DNA of 64,000 nucleotides from Nibricoccus sp. (GTDB lineage: Bacteria; Verrucomicrobiota; Verrucomicrobiia; Opitutales; Opitutaceae): the NCBI GenBank assembly GCA_047602425.1, contig JASGHG010000001.1:4960001-5024000 (forward strand), read 5' to 3'. The position numbers and the translations under genes were made by a program. The notes under the pieces were generated by a model. That model was given only the letters and a program-made list of their open reading frames with translations. It had not been told where the DNA came from and made no database searches. This document shows, one piece after another, positions 31,229 through 40,221 of the stretch (the first letter of the stretch is position 1; each line of letters begins with the position of its first letter).

Positions 31229-31924
31229 TCAGTGGCAGCACGACTGCGCGCTTTCGGTTACACCATCGAAACCGATTGTGCCACGCAAGCGCCAGCTAAT
31301 GACTAATGCCGCCGCGACCGCCAGGGTGATTTGCAGTCGTGCGATCCACGTGGGCGAAAGACGCAAACGCAACCAGCCAAAATTGGCCTGCACCGCCCAG
31401 AGCAAAGGCAACGTGCCCAGCCCGAAAGCCAGCATAAACTCCACGCCGCGCAAAGCCGAACCTGACAATGCCGCCAACGCCGCCACGAAATATAGTGGAC
31501 CGCAGGGCATGAGCGGTGTGGCCGTGCCGAGGACCGCCGCCGTGGAAAGCCGCGAACGTCCGCGGAGCCATTGCTGAATCTTGAGCCAGACCCCGGCGAG
31601 TTTGCCGGATTGCGGAAGTTTTTTATCCCAACGCAGTGCCACCGCGACGAAGAAAAGCACCAGCGCCCAGGGCGCGTAACGCAGCGTCCCCTCGCCCAAC
31701 AAGGCCAACGGCCCCTGCCCAACTGCGCCCGCGATTGCGCCGAGCAAACCGTACGCGGCCAGGCGTGTGCCGTGATAAACGGAATACACCGTCGCAGCGT
31801 CCTCGCCCGCTTTCGTCGGAGTCAGCCAGCACGCGAGCGGCCCGCACATACCGGCGCAATGCAGACTTGTCACAAGTCCTGCCACGAAGGCCGCGGTCGG
31901 TGAATCCACACTCGCAAAATCCAT
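31229..31924 (-). CDS. DsbD_2/TauE-like cbb3 maturation membrane protein
   Basis: SLHCAGMCGP and PCGPLY motifs; MLAFGLGTLP. Confidence 0.88.
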   Translation of the reverse strand: MDFASVDSPTAAFVAGLVTSLHCAGMCGPLACWLTPTKAGEDAATVYSVYHGTRLAAYGLLGAIAGAVGQGPLALLGEGTLRYAPWALVLFFVAVALRWDKKLPQSGKLAGVWLKIQQWLRGRSRLSTAAVLGTATPLMPCGPLYFVAALAALSGSALRGVEFMLAFGLGTLPLLWAVQANFGWLRLRLSPTWIARLQITLAVAAALVISWRLRGTIGFDGVTESAQSCCH

Positions 31925-31927
31925 GGT

Positions 31928-32077
31928 TCAACGTCCTCGTTTTGGCTGGGTTTGCAACGGCACTTCTTCAGCCGGATGCTTCGCCGCGATCACAAAAAAC
32001 GTGACCCACGCCGCGAGTAAAACGGCAAAAGCCAAACCGGCCCAAAGCATCAATGGCATGCGCGGTCTATCGGCCAT
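31928..32077 (-). CDS. 49-aa single-TM protein at the ccoH position
   Basis: Below the ORF-track cutoff. Read manually: MADRPRMPLMLWAGLAFAVLLAAWVTFFVIAAKHPAEEVPLQTQPKRGR. Overlaps the ccoG stop and ends 3 bp before the next start. Confidence 0.7.
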   Translation of the reverse strand: MADRPRMPLMLWAGLAFAVLLAAWVTFFVIAAKHPAEEVPLQTQPKRGR

Positions 32078-33491
32078 CGGCTTCGTCCTCCTTCAATAAT
32101 GCCGCTGAGGGTCCGAGGAATTCCGTTTCGCGGCTCACGTCACAACTTCCTTTTTCGTCAACCAGCCGCAGGCGCAGCGGCGTGCTGCCCGTATAAACTT
32201 TTCTTGGAACTTGGATGACGAGCGGACGCTGCTCTTCGCCCAGCGGCGCAATCTCCACCGGCTCCTCAAAGCCTTTTTGCTCCGCGCCCGCCGGCCCTTG
32301 AACGAGGGAAACCTTGAAGCGCACCGGCTCGTTTCGCTTGTTGATCAGCCGCACCATGTATTGGTTTCTCACATACACTTGATCGACATAATATGGCGCC
32401 CCAAGCATGCGGGTGATGGTTAGTCCCGCGGGTTTGACCGTCCTCAACGCCCAGGCCGAAACACCAATTCCCACCAAGAGCAGGATAAAGTAGACAAATA
32501 CCCGCGGCCGCAGCCACCGGGTTGCTCGGCCCGCAAATCCGTTGAGCGAATCGTAGCGGATCAAGCCGCGCGGACGCTTGATTTTGTCCATCACTTCGTC
32601 GCACGCATCGATGCAGGCCGTGCAACCGACACATTCCATTTGCAGACCCTGGCGGATGTCGACGCCGGTCGGACAAACATTCACGCAACGGTTGCAATCG
32701 ATACAATGACCAGCTCCGGGCGTGTTGATTTTTCCGCGTGGCTCGCCGCGCGATTTGTCATAACCAATCACCATCGAGTGATCGTCGATCAGCGCCGATT
32801 GCAGGCGGCCATAAGGACAAATCACGATGCACAATTGTTCACGGAACCAGGCGAAGTTCAGGTAGAGCGTCGCTGTCGCCGCAACCACGAATAGAAATGC
32901 GCCCCAGTGCTGGGCCGGGGCATGCCGCATCATGGCCCAGAGTTGCGGAATCGATACAAAATATGCCAGCAGCAGATGCGTGATGACGGCGGACAGCACG
33001 ATAAACACGGCATGTTTCAGAACGCGTTTAAAAACCTTTTCGCCTTCCCAAGGCGCGGCATCGAGCTGGCGCCGCTTGGTTGCATCGCCTTCGATCCAGC
33101 GTTCCACGCGCCGGTAAACGTGTTCCAAAAACACCGTCTGAGGACAGGCCCAGCCACACCAAATGCGGCCAAACAGCGCGGTGATGAAAAACAGTGAAAA
33201 ACCCACGCCCGTGAGCAGGAAAAACAAAAGCCAGGTATCCTGCGCGGCGAGCACCCAGCCAAAGAAATGAAAACGGCGCGCGGCCACGTCGAGAAACACC
33301 GCCGGATAGCCATCCACTTGTATCCAAGGCAGCGCTACATAAATGAAAATCAGCGCGACGGCCGACAGGATGCGCGCATTCGTGTAGCGCCCGCGCGAAT
33401 CGGCGGGATGCAGGAACAACCGCGAGCCATCGGCGCGGATGGTGGTGACCGTGTCGAGATTGGGCGATGGCGGATGCGGCTGGGCGGCCAT
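32067..33491 (-). CDS. ccoG: cbb3 accessory ferredoxin-like protein
   Basis: GRIWCGWACPQTV, CIVICPYGR, CIDCNRCVNVCPTGVDIR, ECVGCTACIDAC. Confidence 0.95.
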   Translation of the reverse strand: MAAQPHPPSPNLDTVTTIRADGSRLFLHPADSRGRYTNARILSAVALIFIYVALPWIQVDGYPAVFLDVAARRFHFFGWVLAAQDTWLLFFLLTGVGFSLFFITALFGRIWCGWACPQTVFLEHVYRRVERWIEGDATKRRQLDAAPWEGEKVFKRVLKHAVFIVLSAVITHLLLAYFVSIPQLWAMMRHAPAQHWGAFLFVVAATATLYLNFAWFREQLCIVICPYGRLQSALIDDHSMVIGYDKSRGEPRGKINTPGAGHCIDCNRCVNVCPTGVDIRQGLQMECVGCTACIDACDEVMDKIKRPRGLIRYDSLNGFAGRATRWLRPRVFVYFILLLVGIGVSAWALRTVKPAGLTITRMLGAPYYVDQVYVRNQYMVRLINKRNEPVRFKVSLVQGPAGAEQKGFEEPVEIAPLGEEQRPLVIQVPRKVYTGSTPLRLRLVDEKGSCDVSRETEFLGPSAALLKEDEADGR

Positions 33492-33505
33492 GAAGTCCTG
33501 GGCGT

Positions 33506-34102
33506 CTATTTCACGCCGGCCGCGGGCGAATTGACGATTTCAATCGGTTCCCCTTCGGTGTGAAAGCTGAGCACGTAGGCGACCACCTCGGAAATCTTCT
33601 TGGTTCCCAATACCGGTCCCCATGGCTGCATGCCGCGCTGGGTACCCTTGGTCACGGTGTTGATAAGATCGAGCGGATTGCCGCCGGTGATCCATTTCGT
33701 GCCGATGAGGCTCGCGCCCACCGCGCTCGGATTTTCCGCCTTTCCCTTCAGGCTGGCGAGATGACAGGCCACGCAGTTGGTGGTGAAGATTGCCTTGCCC
33801 GATTCAACCACGACGGGATTGCGGCTCATTTTCCAGAGTTCGGCATCGGTCAATTTCACGGCGCCGGACGCCAGGCGCGCGGCCTCGATCTGCGCGATCT
33901 CCTGCTCCACGCGCGGGCCATCTTCAATCGGCACGCCCGAGTGCTTGAAGTAAAACCAATAGACAACGGCAAAAACGATGGCTCCGTAAAAGGTGAGCAA
34001 CCACCAGTTGGGCAGACGTCGGTCGTACTCCTGGATGCCATCGAAAGTGTGATGGCGGACCGGATCTTCTTGGGGCGGCTGGTTATTGGCGGGCGATGTC
34101 AT
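33506..34102 (-). CDS. ccoP: cbb3 oxidase subunit III (short, single heme c)
   Basis: HTFDGIQEYDRRLPNWW N-terminus; only one CxxCH (CVACH). Confidence 0.9.
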   Translation of the reverse strand: MTSPANNQPPQEDPVRHHTFDGIQEYDRRLPNWWLLTFYGAIVFAVVYWFYFKHSGVPIEDGPRVEQEIAQIEAARLASGAVKLTDAELWKMSRNPVVVESGKAIFTTNCVACHLASLKGKAENPSAVGASLIGTKWITGGNPLDLINTVTKGTQRGMQPWGPVLGTKKISEVVAYVLSFHTEGEPIEIVNSPAAGVK

Positions 34103-34271
34103 GTCGGGAAGGATTTTCGTCGTTAAAAGGAAGATTTTCGAAACGCTCCACCTGGGGGCGCTTCATGCGAAGGGCGCGCCAGACAAAGAAAACGAAGATG
34201 CACGCGGCGACGGCGAAGGCCACCACCGGAAAGATCATCGTCCAGTCCTCGTAGATGAAGCGTTTATACAT
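34083..34271 (-). CDS. ccoQ: cbb3 oxidase subunit IV-like small membrane protein
   Basis: 62 aa, one TM, C-terminal LPFNDE; lies between ccoNO and ccoP. Confidence 0.75.
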   Translation of the reverse strand: MYKRFIYEDWTMIFPVVAFAVAACIFVFFVWRALRMKRPQVERFENLPFNDENPSRHDIARQ

Positions 34272-34291
34272 GGCGATTGGTTATGACGCGT

Positions 34292-36601
34292 TCAGGGTTT
34301 TGCGGCGACTTGCGTTTTGACCGCGTCGTATTTGCCCAGCTGTTGCAGATAGGCGATCAAGGCGACGATCTCGCGATCGGCTTCGATATATTGACCCTGG
34401 CTGCGAAGCTCCTTCGCGATCGTGGTCGCCTGTGCGCTGGTCGATTTCTCGATTTCCTCCTTCGTCATCGGTGCAAAGGGAACGCCGAGCATGCGCTGGA
34501 CTTTGATCTTGGATTCAAGCGCAGCCACATCGGTCTTCGCTTCGAAGAGCCACGGGAACGCCGGCATGTTGGAGCCATCCGAGATCTGTCGAGGATTCAT
34601 CATGTGCTGGAAGTGCCAGGCGTGATTGTATTTCCCGCCCACGCGAGCCAGGTCGGGGCCGGTGCGGCGCGAACCCCACTGGTAAGGATGATCGTAGATC
34701 GACTCGCCGAGGCGCGAGTACTCGCCGTAGCGCAATACGTCGGCTTTCAGCGTGCGAATCATCTGGGAATGGCAGGTGTAACAACCCTCACGGACGTAAA
34801 TGTCGCGGCCGGCCAGCTCAAGCGGTGTATAAACCTTCTGGATACGATCTTCGACGCTTGAGGCTTTGTTGATAACCACCGTGGGGATAATCTGGATCAT
34901 GCCGCCGACGGCGACCGCGAGGAACGTCAGCACGGTGAACGGAGCCCAATTCATCAGCAACTTGTCGTACCAGGCGCCCCATTTGTTGCTGCGGGCCTCG
35001 TAATGCACAAAGGCCAGGATGACGATAAATGTCGTACCAAAAATTCCGACAATCTGGAGCCAGTGGTTGCCGAACATCCAAGCAAAGGCCGACAACGTGC
35101 CCAATACGGAGAACACCACCGGAGCGTTGAAAATCGTGGCTCCGACACCGAGTTGTTCCTCGGCTTTGGGCTCCTCGACGAAAACCTCGATCGAGCCATC
35201 GACGGTCTGCGCACCTTTGATGGTCTTGTAGAGATTGTAAGCCATCATCAACCATCCGGTCAGGTACAAAGCGCCGCCCACCACGCGCATGAGCATCATC
35301 CAGCGAATCGCGAGCAGCGTCTCGATGAAGTTCGGATAAGCGAGGAGCGTGCCGCCTTCGGTCGTGCCGTTGAGCATCACACCCTGCGTGATGCCGCTGG
35401 TCCACATGGCGCCCATGTAAAGAAGGATGCCCACGGTACCGAGCCAGAAATGAATATTGGCGAGCGATTGCGAATACAACGGCTTGCTCCAAAGGCGCGG
35501 CGCGAGCCAGTAAAACATGCCAGCCGCCATGAAACCGTTCCAACCGAGCGCACCACCATGCACGTGGCCGATGATCCAGTCCGTGTAGTGGCCGATGGCG
35601 TTGACCGATTTGATCGAAAGCAAAGGCCCCTCGAATGTCGCCATGCCGTAGAACGTCACCGCGGCCGCGAAAAACTTCAGCACGGGATCGACGCGAAGTT
35701 TGTCCCACGCTCCGCGCATGGTGAGCAAACCGTTCAACATGCCGCCCCACGATGGCGCCCAAAGCATGAGCGAAAACGTCATGCCGAGCATCTGCAGCCA
35801 GTTCGGCAACGCCGTATTCAAAAGATGGTGCGGTCCCGCCCAAATATAAACAAACACCAGAGACCAAAAATGAATGACGGATAACTTGTAGCTGTACACT
35901 GGCCGTTCCGCCGCCTTCGGCACGAAATAGTACATGATGCCCAGGATCGGCGTTGTCAGGAAAAACGCCACGGCGTTGTGACCATACCACCATTGCACCA
36001 AGCCGTCCTGCAAACCGCCGAAGACCGGATAACTGTGCGTGAGGCTGGTCGGAATCGAGAGGTGATTGACGATATAGAGCATCGCCACGGTCACGATCGT
36101 CGCGATGTAAAACCAAATCGCCACATACAAACTGCGCTCGTTTCGACGCGACAACGTCCAGAAAAAGTTGACCGCGAAAATCACCCAAACGACCACGACC
36201 GCCAGGTTGATTGGCCAGATGAGTTCGGCGTATTCCTTGCCGCGCGTCAGGCCCAGCGGAAGCGTGATGGCAGCCGCGACAATAATTAATTGATAGAACC
36301 AAAAGTGGACCGTCGACAACAAGTCGCTCGCCAGCCGCGCCTTCACCAGGCGCTGCGTCGAGTAGTAAATGCCGGCAAACATCATGTTGCCCACGAGGGC
36401 GAAGATGACGGCATTCGTATGCAGCGGTCGCAGACGGCTGAACGTCGTCCAGGGCAAACCGAAGTTCAGTTGCCAGAAGTTAAGTTGCGACGCGATCAGT
36501 ACGCCCACGAGCATGCCGACGGCGCCCCAGATGACGGCGGCGAGCATGAACTGGCGGACAATGCGGTCGTTGAATTCAATCGTGACTTTGCGTTCGGTCA
36601 T
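34292..36601 (-). CDS. ccoNO: Fused cbb3 oxidase subunits I and II
   Basis: RLRPLHT, QWWYGHNAV, WAGPHH, GHVH (CcoN); YVREGCYTCHSQMIR and WGSRRTGPDL (CcoO). Confidence 0.96.
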   Translation of the reverse strand: MTERKVTIEFNDRIVRQFMLAAVIWGAVGMLVGVLIASQLNFWQLNFGLPWTTFSRLRPLHTNAVIFALVGNMMFAGIYYSTQRLVKARLASDLLSTVHFWFYQLIIVAAAITLPLGLTRGKEYAELIWPINLAVVVVWVIFAVNFFWTLSRRNERSLYVAIWFYIATIVTVAMLYIVNHLSIPTSLTHSYPVFGGLQDGLVQWWYGHNAVAFFLTTPILGIMYYFVPKAAERPVYSYKLSVIHFWSLVFVYIWAGPHHLLNTALPNWLQMLGMTFSLMLWAPSWGGMLNGLLTMRGAWDKLRVDPVLKFFAAAVTFYGMATFEGPLLSIKSVNAIGHYTDWIIGHVHGGALGWNGFMAAGMFYWLAPRLWSKPLYSQSLANIHFWLGTVGILLYMGAMWTSGITQGVMLNGTTEGGTLLAYPNFIETLLAIRWMMLMRVVGGALYLTGWLMMAYNLYKTIKGAQTVDGSIEVFVEEPKAEEQLGVGATIFNAPVVFSVLGTLSAFAWMFGNHWLQIVGIFGTTFIVILAFVHYEARSNKWGAWYDKLLMNWAPFTVLTFLAVAVGGMIQIIPTVVINKASSVEDRIQKVYTPLELAGRDIYVREGCYTCHSQMIRTLKADVLRYGEYSRLGESIYDHPYQWGSRRTGPDLARVGGKYNHAWHFQHMMNPRQISDGSNMPAFPWLFEAKTDVAALESKIKVQRMLGVPFAPMTKEEIEKSTSAQATTIAKELRSQGQYIEADREIVALIAYLQQLGKYDAVKTQVAAKP

Positions 36602-36613
36602 GGTGTTGGGAAA

Positions 36614-36808
36614 TCAGGTGGGATCGCCGGACTTGTCTGTCGAATCGCTCGGCCTTCCGCCGACGCGACGCGTTTCCTCCGCCAAGGGTAGCAACGCATC
36701 GCTCTCGGCACTGCCGAAGTGACGGCGGGTGTGTTCGCGAATAAAGAAAACTACAAACGTGAAGACCAGACAGAGGCTTATCGTGAGCGTAAGAGGAACG
36801 ACAGACAT
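36614..36808 (-). CDS. ccoS: cbb3 maturation protein CcoS-like
   Basis: MSVVPLTLTISLCLVFTFVVFF single TM; first gene of the operon. Confidence 0.7.
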   Translation of the reverse strand: MSVVPLTLTISLCLVFTFVVFFIREHTRRHFGSAESDALLPLAEETRRVGGRPSDSTDKSGDPT

Positions 36809-37270
36809 GGGCGTTGGATTAATATCCAAAAAAAGAGGGATTGGTATTTAATTGCGGTTTGATATCGGCACGTCAGCCCAAAAAAACGAGGGCTTAGGCC
36901 TCCTGTTTGCGTAAAAAATGCGCCCCGGAAAAATCCCGAAAATCGCCGCGGTTTCAGCGCCGCTCTCTCGCTGCGGGTCGAAATTCGCTTCGACAAATCC
37001 ACCGCCGCCATGAGCCTGCGATGATATCCATCCCCTTGCCATTACGCGCTGATACGTCGCTTTCTGGCGGTCCGTAGGGGCGGGCTCTGTGGAGGGATTA
37101 GCGTTCATAATCCCCCACTTTAATAGAGTTAACGGGCTCCCACTCCGCGCGATTTGCCCACCATTATGCATTTTTTGTCATACCCCCTATTAGCTGCGCA
37201 CAAAAGATGCGTACGCTTGGCCAAACCATGCAGAGCGAGGCCCGCGGAGTTCTGGCATTTTCAGCGCCAG

Positions 37271-37738
37271 ATGCACGACAACCTGCTGCGCACACTGCAA
37301 GGCCTGCGTCCCACCATTCTTGAGCGGTGGGAAACGTTATTGCGTGCAGAGCCGGTCACCTCACCGCTGGCGAATCCCGATTCGCTCGTCTACCTGATGA
37401 ACTGGACGCTTGATCGTTTTTTGGCCGTGTTGCGCGGTCCCGTTGCCCGACGTCGCATCAGCGAGCGCGGCAGCAACAAGCCCGCTTACATCGAGGAAAG
37501 CAAATTGTGCCCGTGCAAAATGAATCCGCTGCTCGCCTATTTTTCCACCGGCGAACAAGCATTGGTCCAGGCGCTCTTGCCCACGCTTGAGCCGCGCGAG
37601 CGCGAAAATGTACTTTCCTCCGTTCGTCTGGCCATGCAGGCCGTCGCCAAGCGCGAAATCGACACGTTCTGCGCCGTCTGCCAGCGCCGCCATGACGAAC
37701 ATCCCAATACCGCCAGCCGCTGCGGCTCAGGACGATAA
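37271..37738 (+). CDS. Hypothetical helical protein with CxC and CxxC motifs
   Basis: ILERWETLLRAEP...LCPCKMNPLLAYF...EIDTFCAVCQ; divergent from the cco operon. Confidence 0.7.
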   Translation: MHDNLLRTLQGLRPTILERWETLLRAEPVTSPLANPDSLVYLMNWTLDRFLAVLRGPVARRRISERGSNKPAYIEESKLCPCKMNPLLAYFSTGEQALVQALLPTLEPRERENVLSSVRLAMQAVAKREIDTFCAVCQRRHDEHPNTASRCGSGR

Positions 37739-38641
37739 AACTTCCGCGTGAAGTTTCTCGCGATAAGTCGAAGGTGATTCGCCCGCGATTTTCCGGAAGA
37801 CGCGGTTGAACTGCGACAACGACTGAAAACCGGCCTCGAAGGCCGCTTCGCTCACGCGTTTGTGCGGATTGAGCAATAGATTCTTCACCTTTTCCACGCG
37901 CACCCGCGCAAGGTAATCGGTGAACGTCATGCCCGTCGCCTTCTTGAACATCTTGCAGAAGTAAAACGCGCTGGTGTTAACGGACTGCGCCACCTGCGCC
38001 AGCGTCAAATCGTCGTCCTGGTGCTCGGCGATGTACATGCGGGCCTTGGTGATGACGGGCGGTTCGGCAGATTCCTCCTTGACCATGAGCTGATTGCTCA
38101 ACGATGCCAGATGCTGCGCGAAGATCGTCAGTAAACGAAGGATCGACTCATATTGCTTCTTCGTGACCACGCGGGTCTGAAAATAAACTTCCTCCACGCG
38201 CTTCAGATCCACTTCCGTGCCCCACTTGAGCAACTGCTTCGATACCGTGCTGAAATCCTTTTTCGACGGCGGCTGCCAGAACACCTGGCCGGTTTGCAAA
38301 AATGCGATCAGATTCTCTCCCACCCGGATCGGCACGGCGGAATCGCACATGCCGGCAAAACATTTCAACGTCTTCGGTTCCAATCCCGCCTGCTCTTCGA
38401 CCTTCTTCTGCAGTTGCAAACACGAGGCACAGGAATGGTTCGACGTCGCCATCAATGCGCAAAACGGGTTCTCCTTCGGGTCGCCCTGATGGGGCAGGTC
38501 GAACGCCTCGATCGGCCTCAGGGCGAGCGGCAGTCCCGTCGTCTCTCGAAACGCCTGCTCGTAATCACGATAAATCTGCGACTGTTTCAGTTGCGCGATC
38601 ATCAAACGGCTGCGTTTGCCGGGATTGTCAGACGAGTCCAT
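37727..38641 (-). CDS. PocR sensor-domain AraC family regulator
   Basis: FRETTGLP, NPFCALM, CASC, CFAGMCDSAVPI; C-terminal AraC domain (GFQSLSQFNRVFRK). Confidence 0.88.
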   Translation of the reverse strand: MDSSDNPGKRSRLMIAQLKQSQIYRDYEQAFRETTGLPLALRPIEAFDLPHQGDPKENPFCALMATSNHSCASCLQLQKKVEEQAGLEPKTLKCFAGMCDSAVPIRVGENLIAFLQTGQVFWQPPSKKDFSTVSKQLLKWGTEVDLKRVEEVYFQTRVVTKKQYESILRLLTIFAQHLASLSNQLMVKEESAEPPVITKARMYIAEHQDDDLTLAQVAQSVNTSAFYFCKMFKKATGMTFTDYLARVRVEKVKNLLLNPHKRVSEAAFEAGFQSLSQFNRVFRKIAGESPSTYREKLHAEVLSS

Positions 38642-39161
38642 AAGAGACAATTGATGAGGAGTTTTTCTTTAACGCGCAACCGGTATTCTCAATTAGCTGT
38701 GTTTCGCTAGTCGCTCTTTTTTAATGTAATACGATTTATTTATTCATAATTATAAAATCTTATAGGACAAATAAAGACCGTAATAGAGCAAAATATGCAC
38801 AACCGAAAAATTTACAAGATGCTGTCTACCATGGCAAAATATGCGCAATTGAGAACAATTTTTACAGTTCTCGCCTGTATTCAGGCCAAAGCTACAAAAG
38901 CTCCCGCCGGCCGACAAAGCGACGCGTTTTTGCGAACCATTTTTGCAGAAAAATCGACCCAGCGACGACCGCGTCCCGCAGTCCGTCATTCACGCTCCTT
39001 CGAGAATGCAAAAATATCTTCCCAATCCCGTTCCAAAGCGACACAACCAAACGCCGTGCCCGCTTTGCCAAGCCCGACTCAAACCGCACGCCGTACCAAT
39101 CAATTGCGGCAAATCCCGGGCTTTTTTCCTGCAAGCCTCCACCCTCTTTCCTGACACCATC

Positions 39162-40106
39162 ATGCCCTGGACTCGCCAACACCTCATCACGCTCGAAGAG
39201 CTTTCCCTCGCCGAGATCGAGCAACTCCATTCCACCGCCGCCGTTTTTAAAAAACAGCTGCTCAGCGGCACCCGCAAACACCCGGCCTTGAGCGGCAAAA
39301 CCGTCGTCAACCTATTCCTCGAACCCAGCACCCGCACTCGCATGGCGTTCGACATGGCCGCCAAACGTCTCAGCGCCGACGTCATCTCCTTCGACGCCGC
39401 CAGCTCCAGCACGACCAAGGGCGAAACGCTCCGCGACACCGCGCAAAACATTGAAGCTCTCCAGGCCGACATCATCGTTATCCGCCACGCCGCCTCCGGC
39501 TCGCCGCTTTATCTCAGCAAGATTCTCGGCATCCCCGTCATCAATGCCGGTGACGGCGCCCACGAACATCCCACCCAGGGCCTGCTCGACACGTTCACGA
39601 TGAAGGAACACCTCGGTCCGCTCAAAGGCCGCAAGGTCGTCATTCTCGGCGACATCCTCTTCAGCCGCGTCGCCCGCTCCAACATTTACGCTCTCACCAA
39701 AATGGGCGCCAACGTCACGCTGGTTGGCCCTTCCACGCTGGTCCCGCATGCCTTCACCGAACTCGGCGTCGAGGTCTCCCACGATTTGCGGAGCGCGCTG
39801 GCCGATGCCGAGGTTGTCATGCTTCTGCGGATACAGCACGAGCGTCAGGGCAGCAGCCATTTCCCTTCGCTCGGCGAATACACCAGCATGTTCGGTCTCA
39901 ACAAAACCCGGGCGTCCTGGCTCAATCCCAAGGCGATCATCATGCATCCCGGCCCGATCAACCGCGGCGTCGAAATCGACAGCGACCTCGCCGACGGCGA
40001 ACGCAGCGTGATCCTCGAACAAGTTACCAACGGCATCGCCGTCCGCATGGCCGCACTCTTCCTCTGCTCCGGCGGCCAACCCGACGAAGCGGCCTTGCAG
40101 GCCTAA
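39162..40106 (+). CDS. pyrB: Aspartate carbamoyltransferase
   Basis: EPSTRTR, NAGDGAHEHPTQGLLD, SRVARSN, LRIQHER, HPGPINRGVE. Confidence 0.97.
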   Translation: MPWTRQHLITLEELSLAEIEQLHSTAAVFKKQLLSGTRKHPALSGKTVVNLFLEPSTRTRMAFDMAAKRLSADVISFDAASSSTTKGETLRDTAQNIEALQADIIVIRHAASGSPLYLSKILGIPVINAGDGAHEHPTQGLLDTFTMKEHLGPLKGRKVVILGDILFSRVARSNIYALTKMGANVTLVGPSTLVPHAFTELGVEVSHDLRSALADAEVVMLLRIQHERQGSSHFPSLGEYTSMFGLNKTRASWLNPKAIIMHPGPINRGVEIDSDLADGERSVILEQVTNGIAVRMAALFLCSGGQPDEAALQA

Positions 40107-40213
40107 AAACCCAAATCGCCAAAACTCCAAACGCCAAAATCAATCAGAACACCGCCAGACCGATCTCACATTGCACTTCGCTTTGTGATTTGGAATCTGG
40201 CCTTTGAGATTTC
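40107..40213. repeat. Inverted arrays of ~7-bp repeats between pyrB and pyrC
   Basis: Left: ACCCAAA TCGCCAAA ACTCCAA ACGCCAA. Right: TTTGTGA TTTGGAA TCTGGCC TTTGAGA TTT. Confidence 0.6.
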
Positions 40214-40221
40214 AAAAAGCC

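Noticed and set aside
38650..39160. PyrR attenuator upstream of pyrB
   Set aside because: No recognisable PyrR binding loop or terminator; no pyrR in the window.
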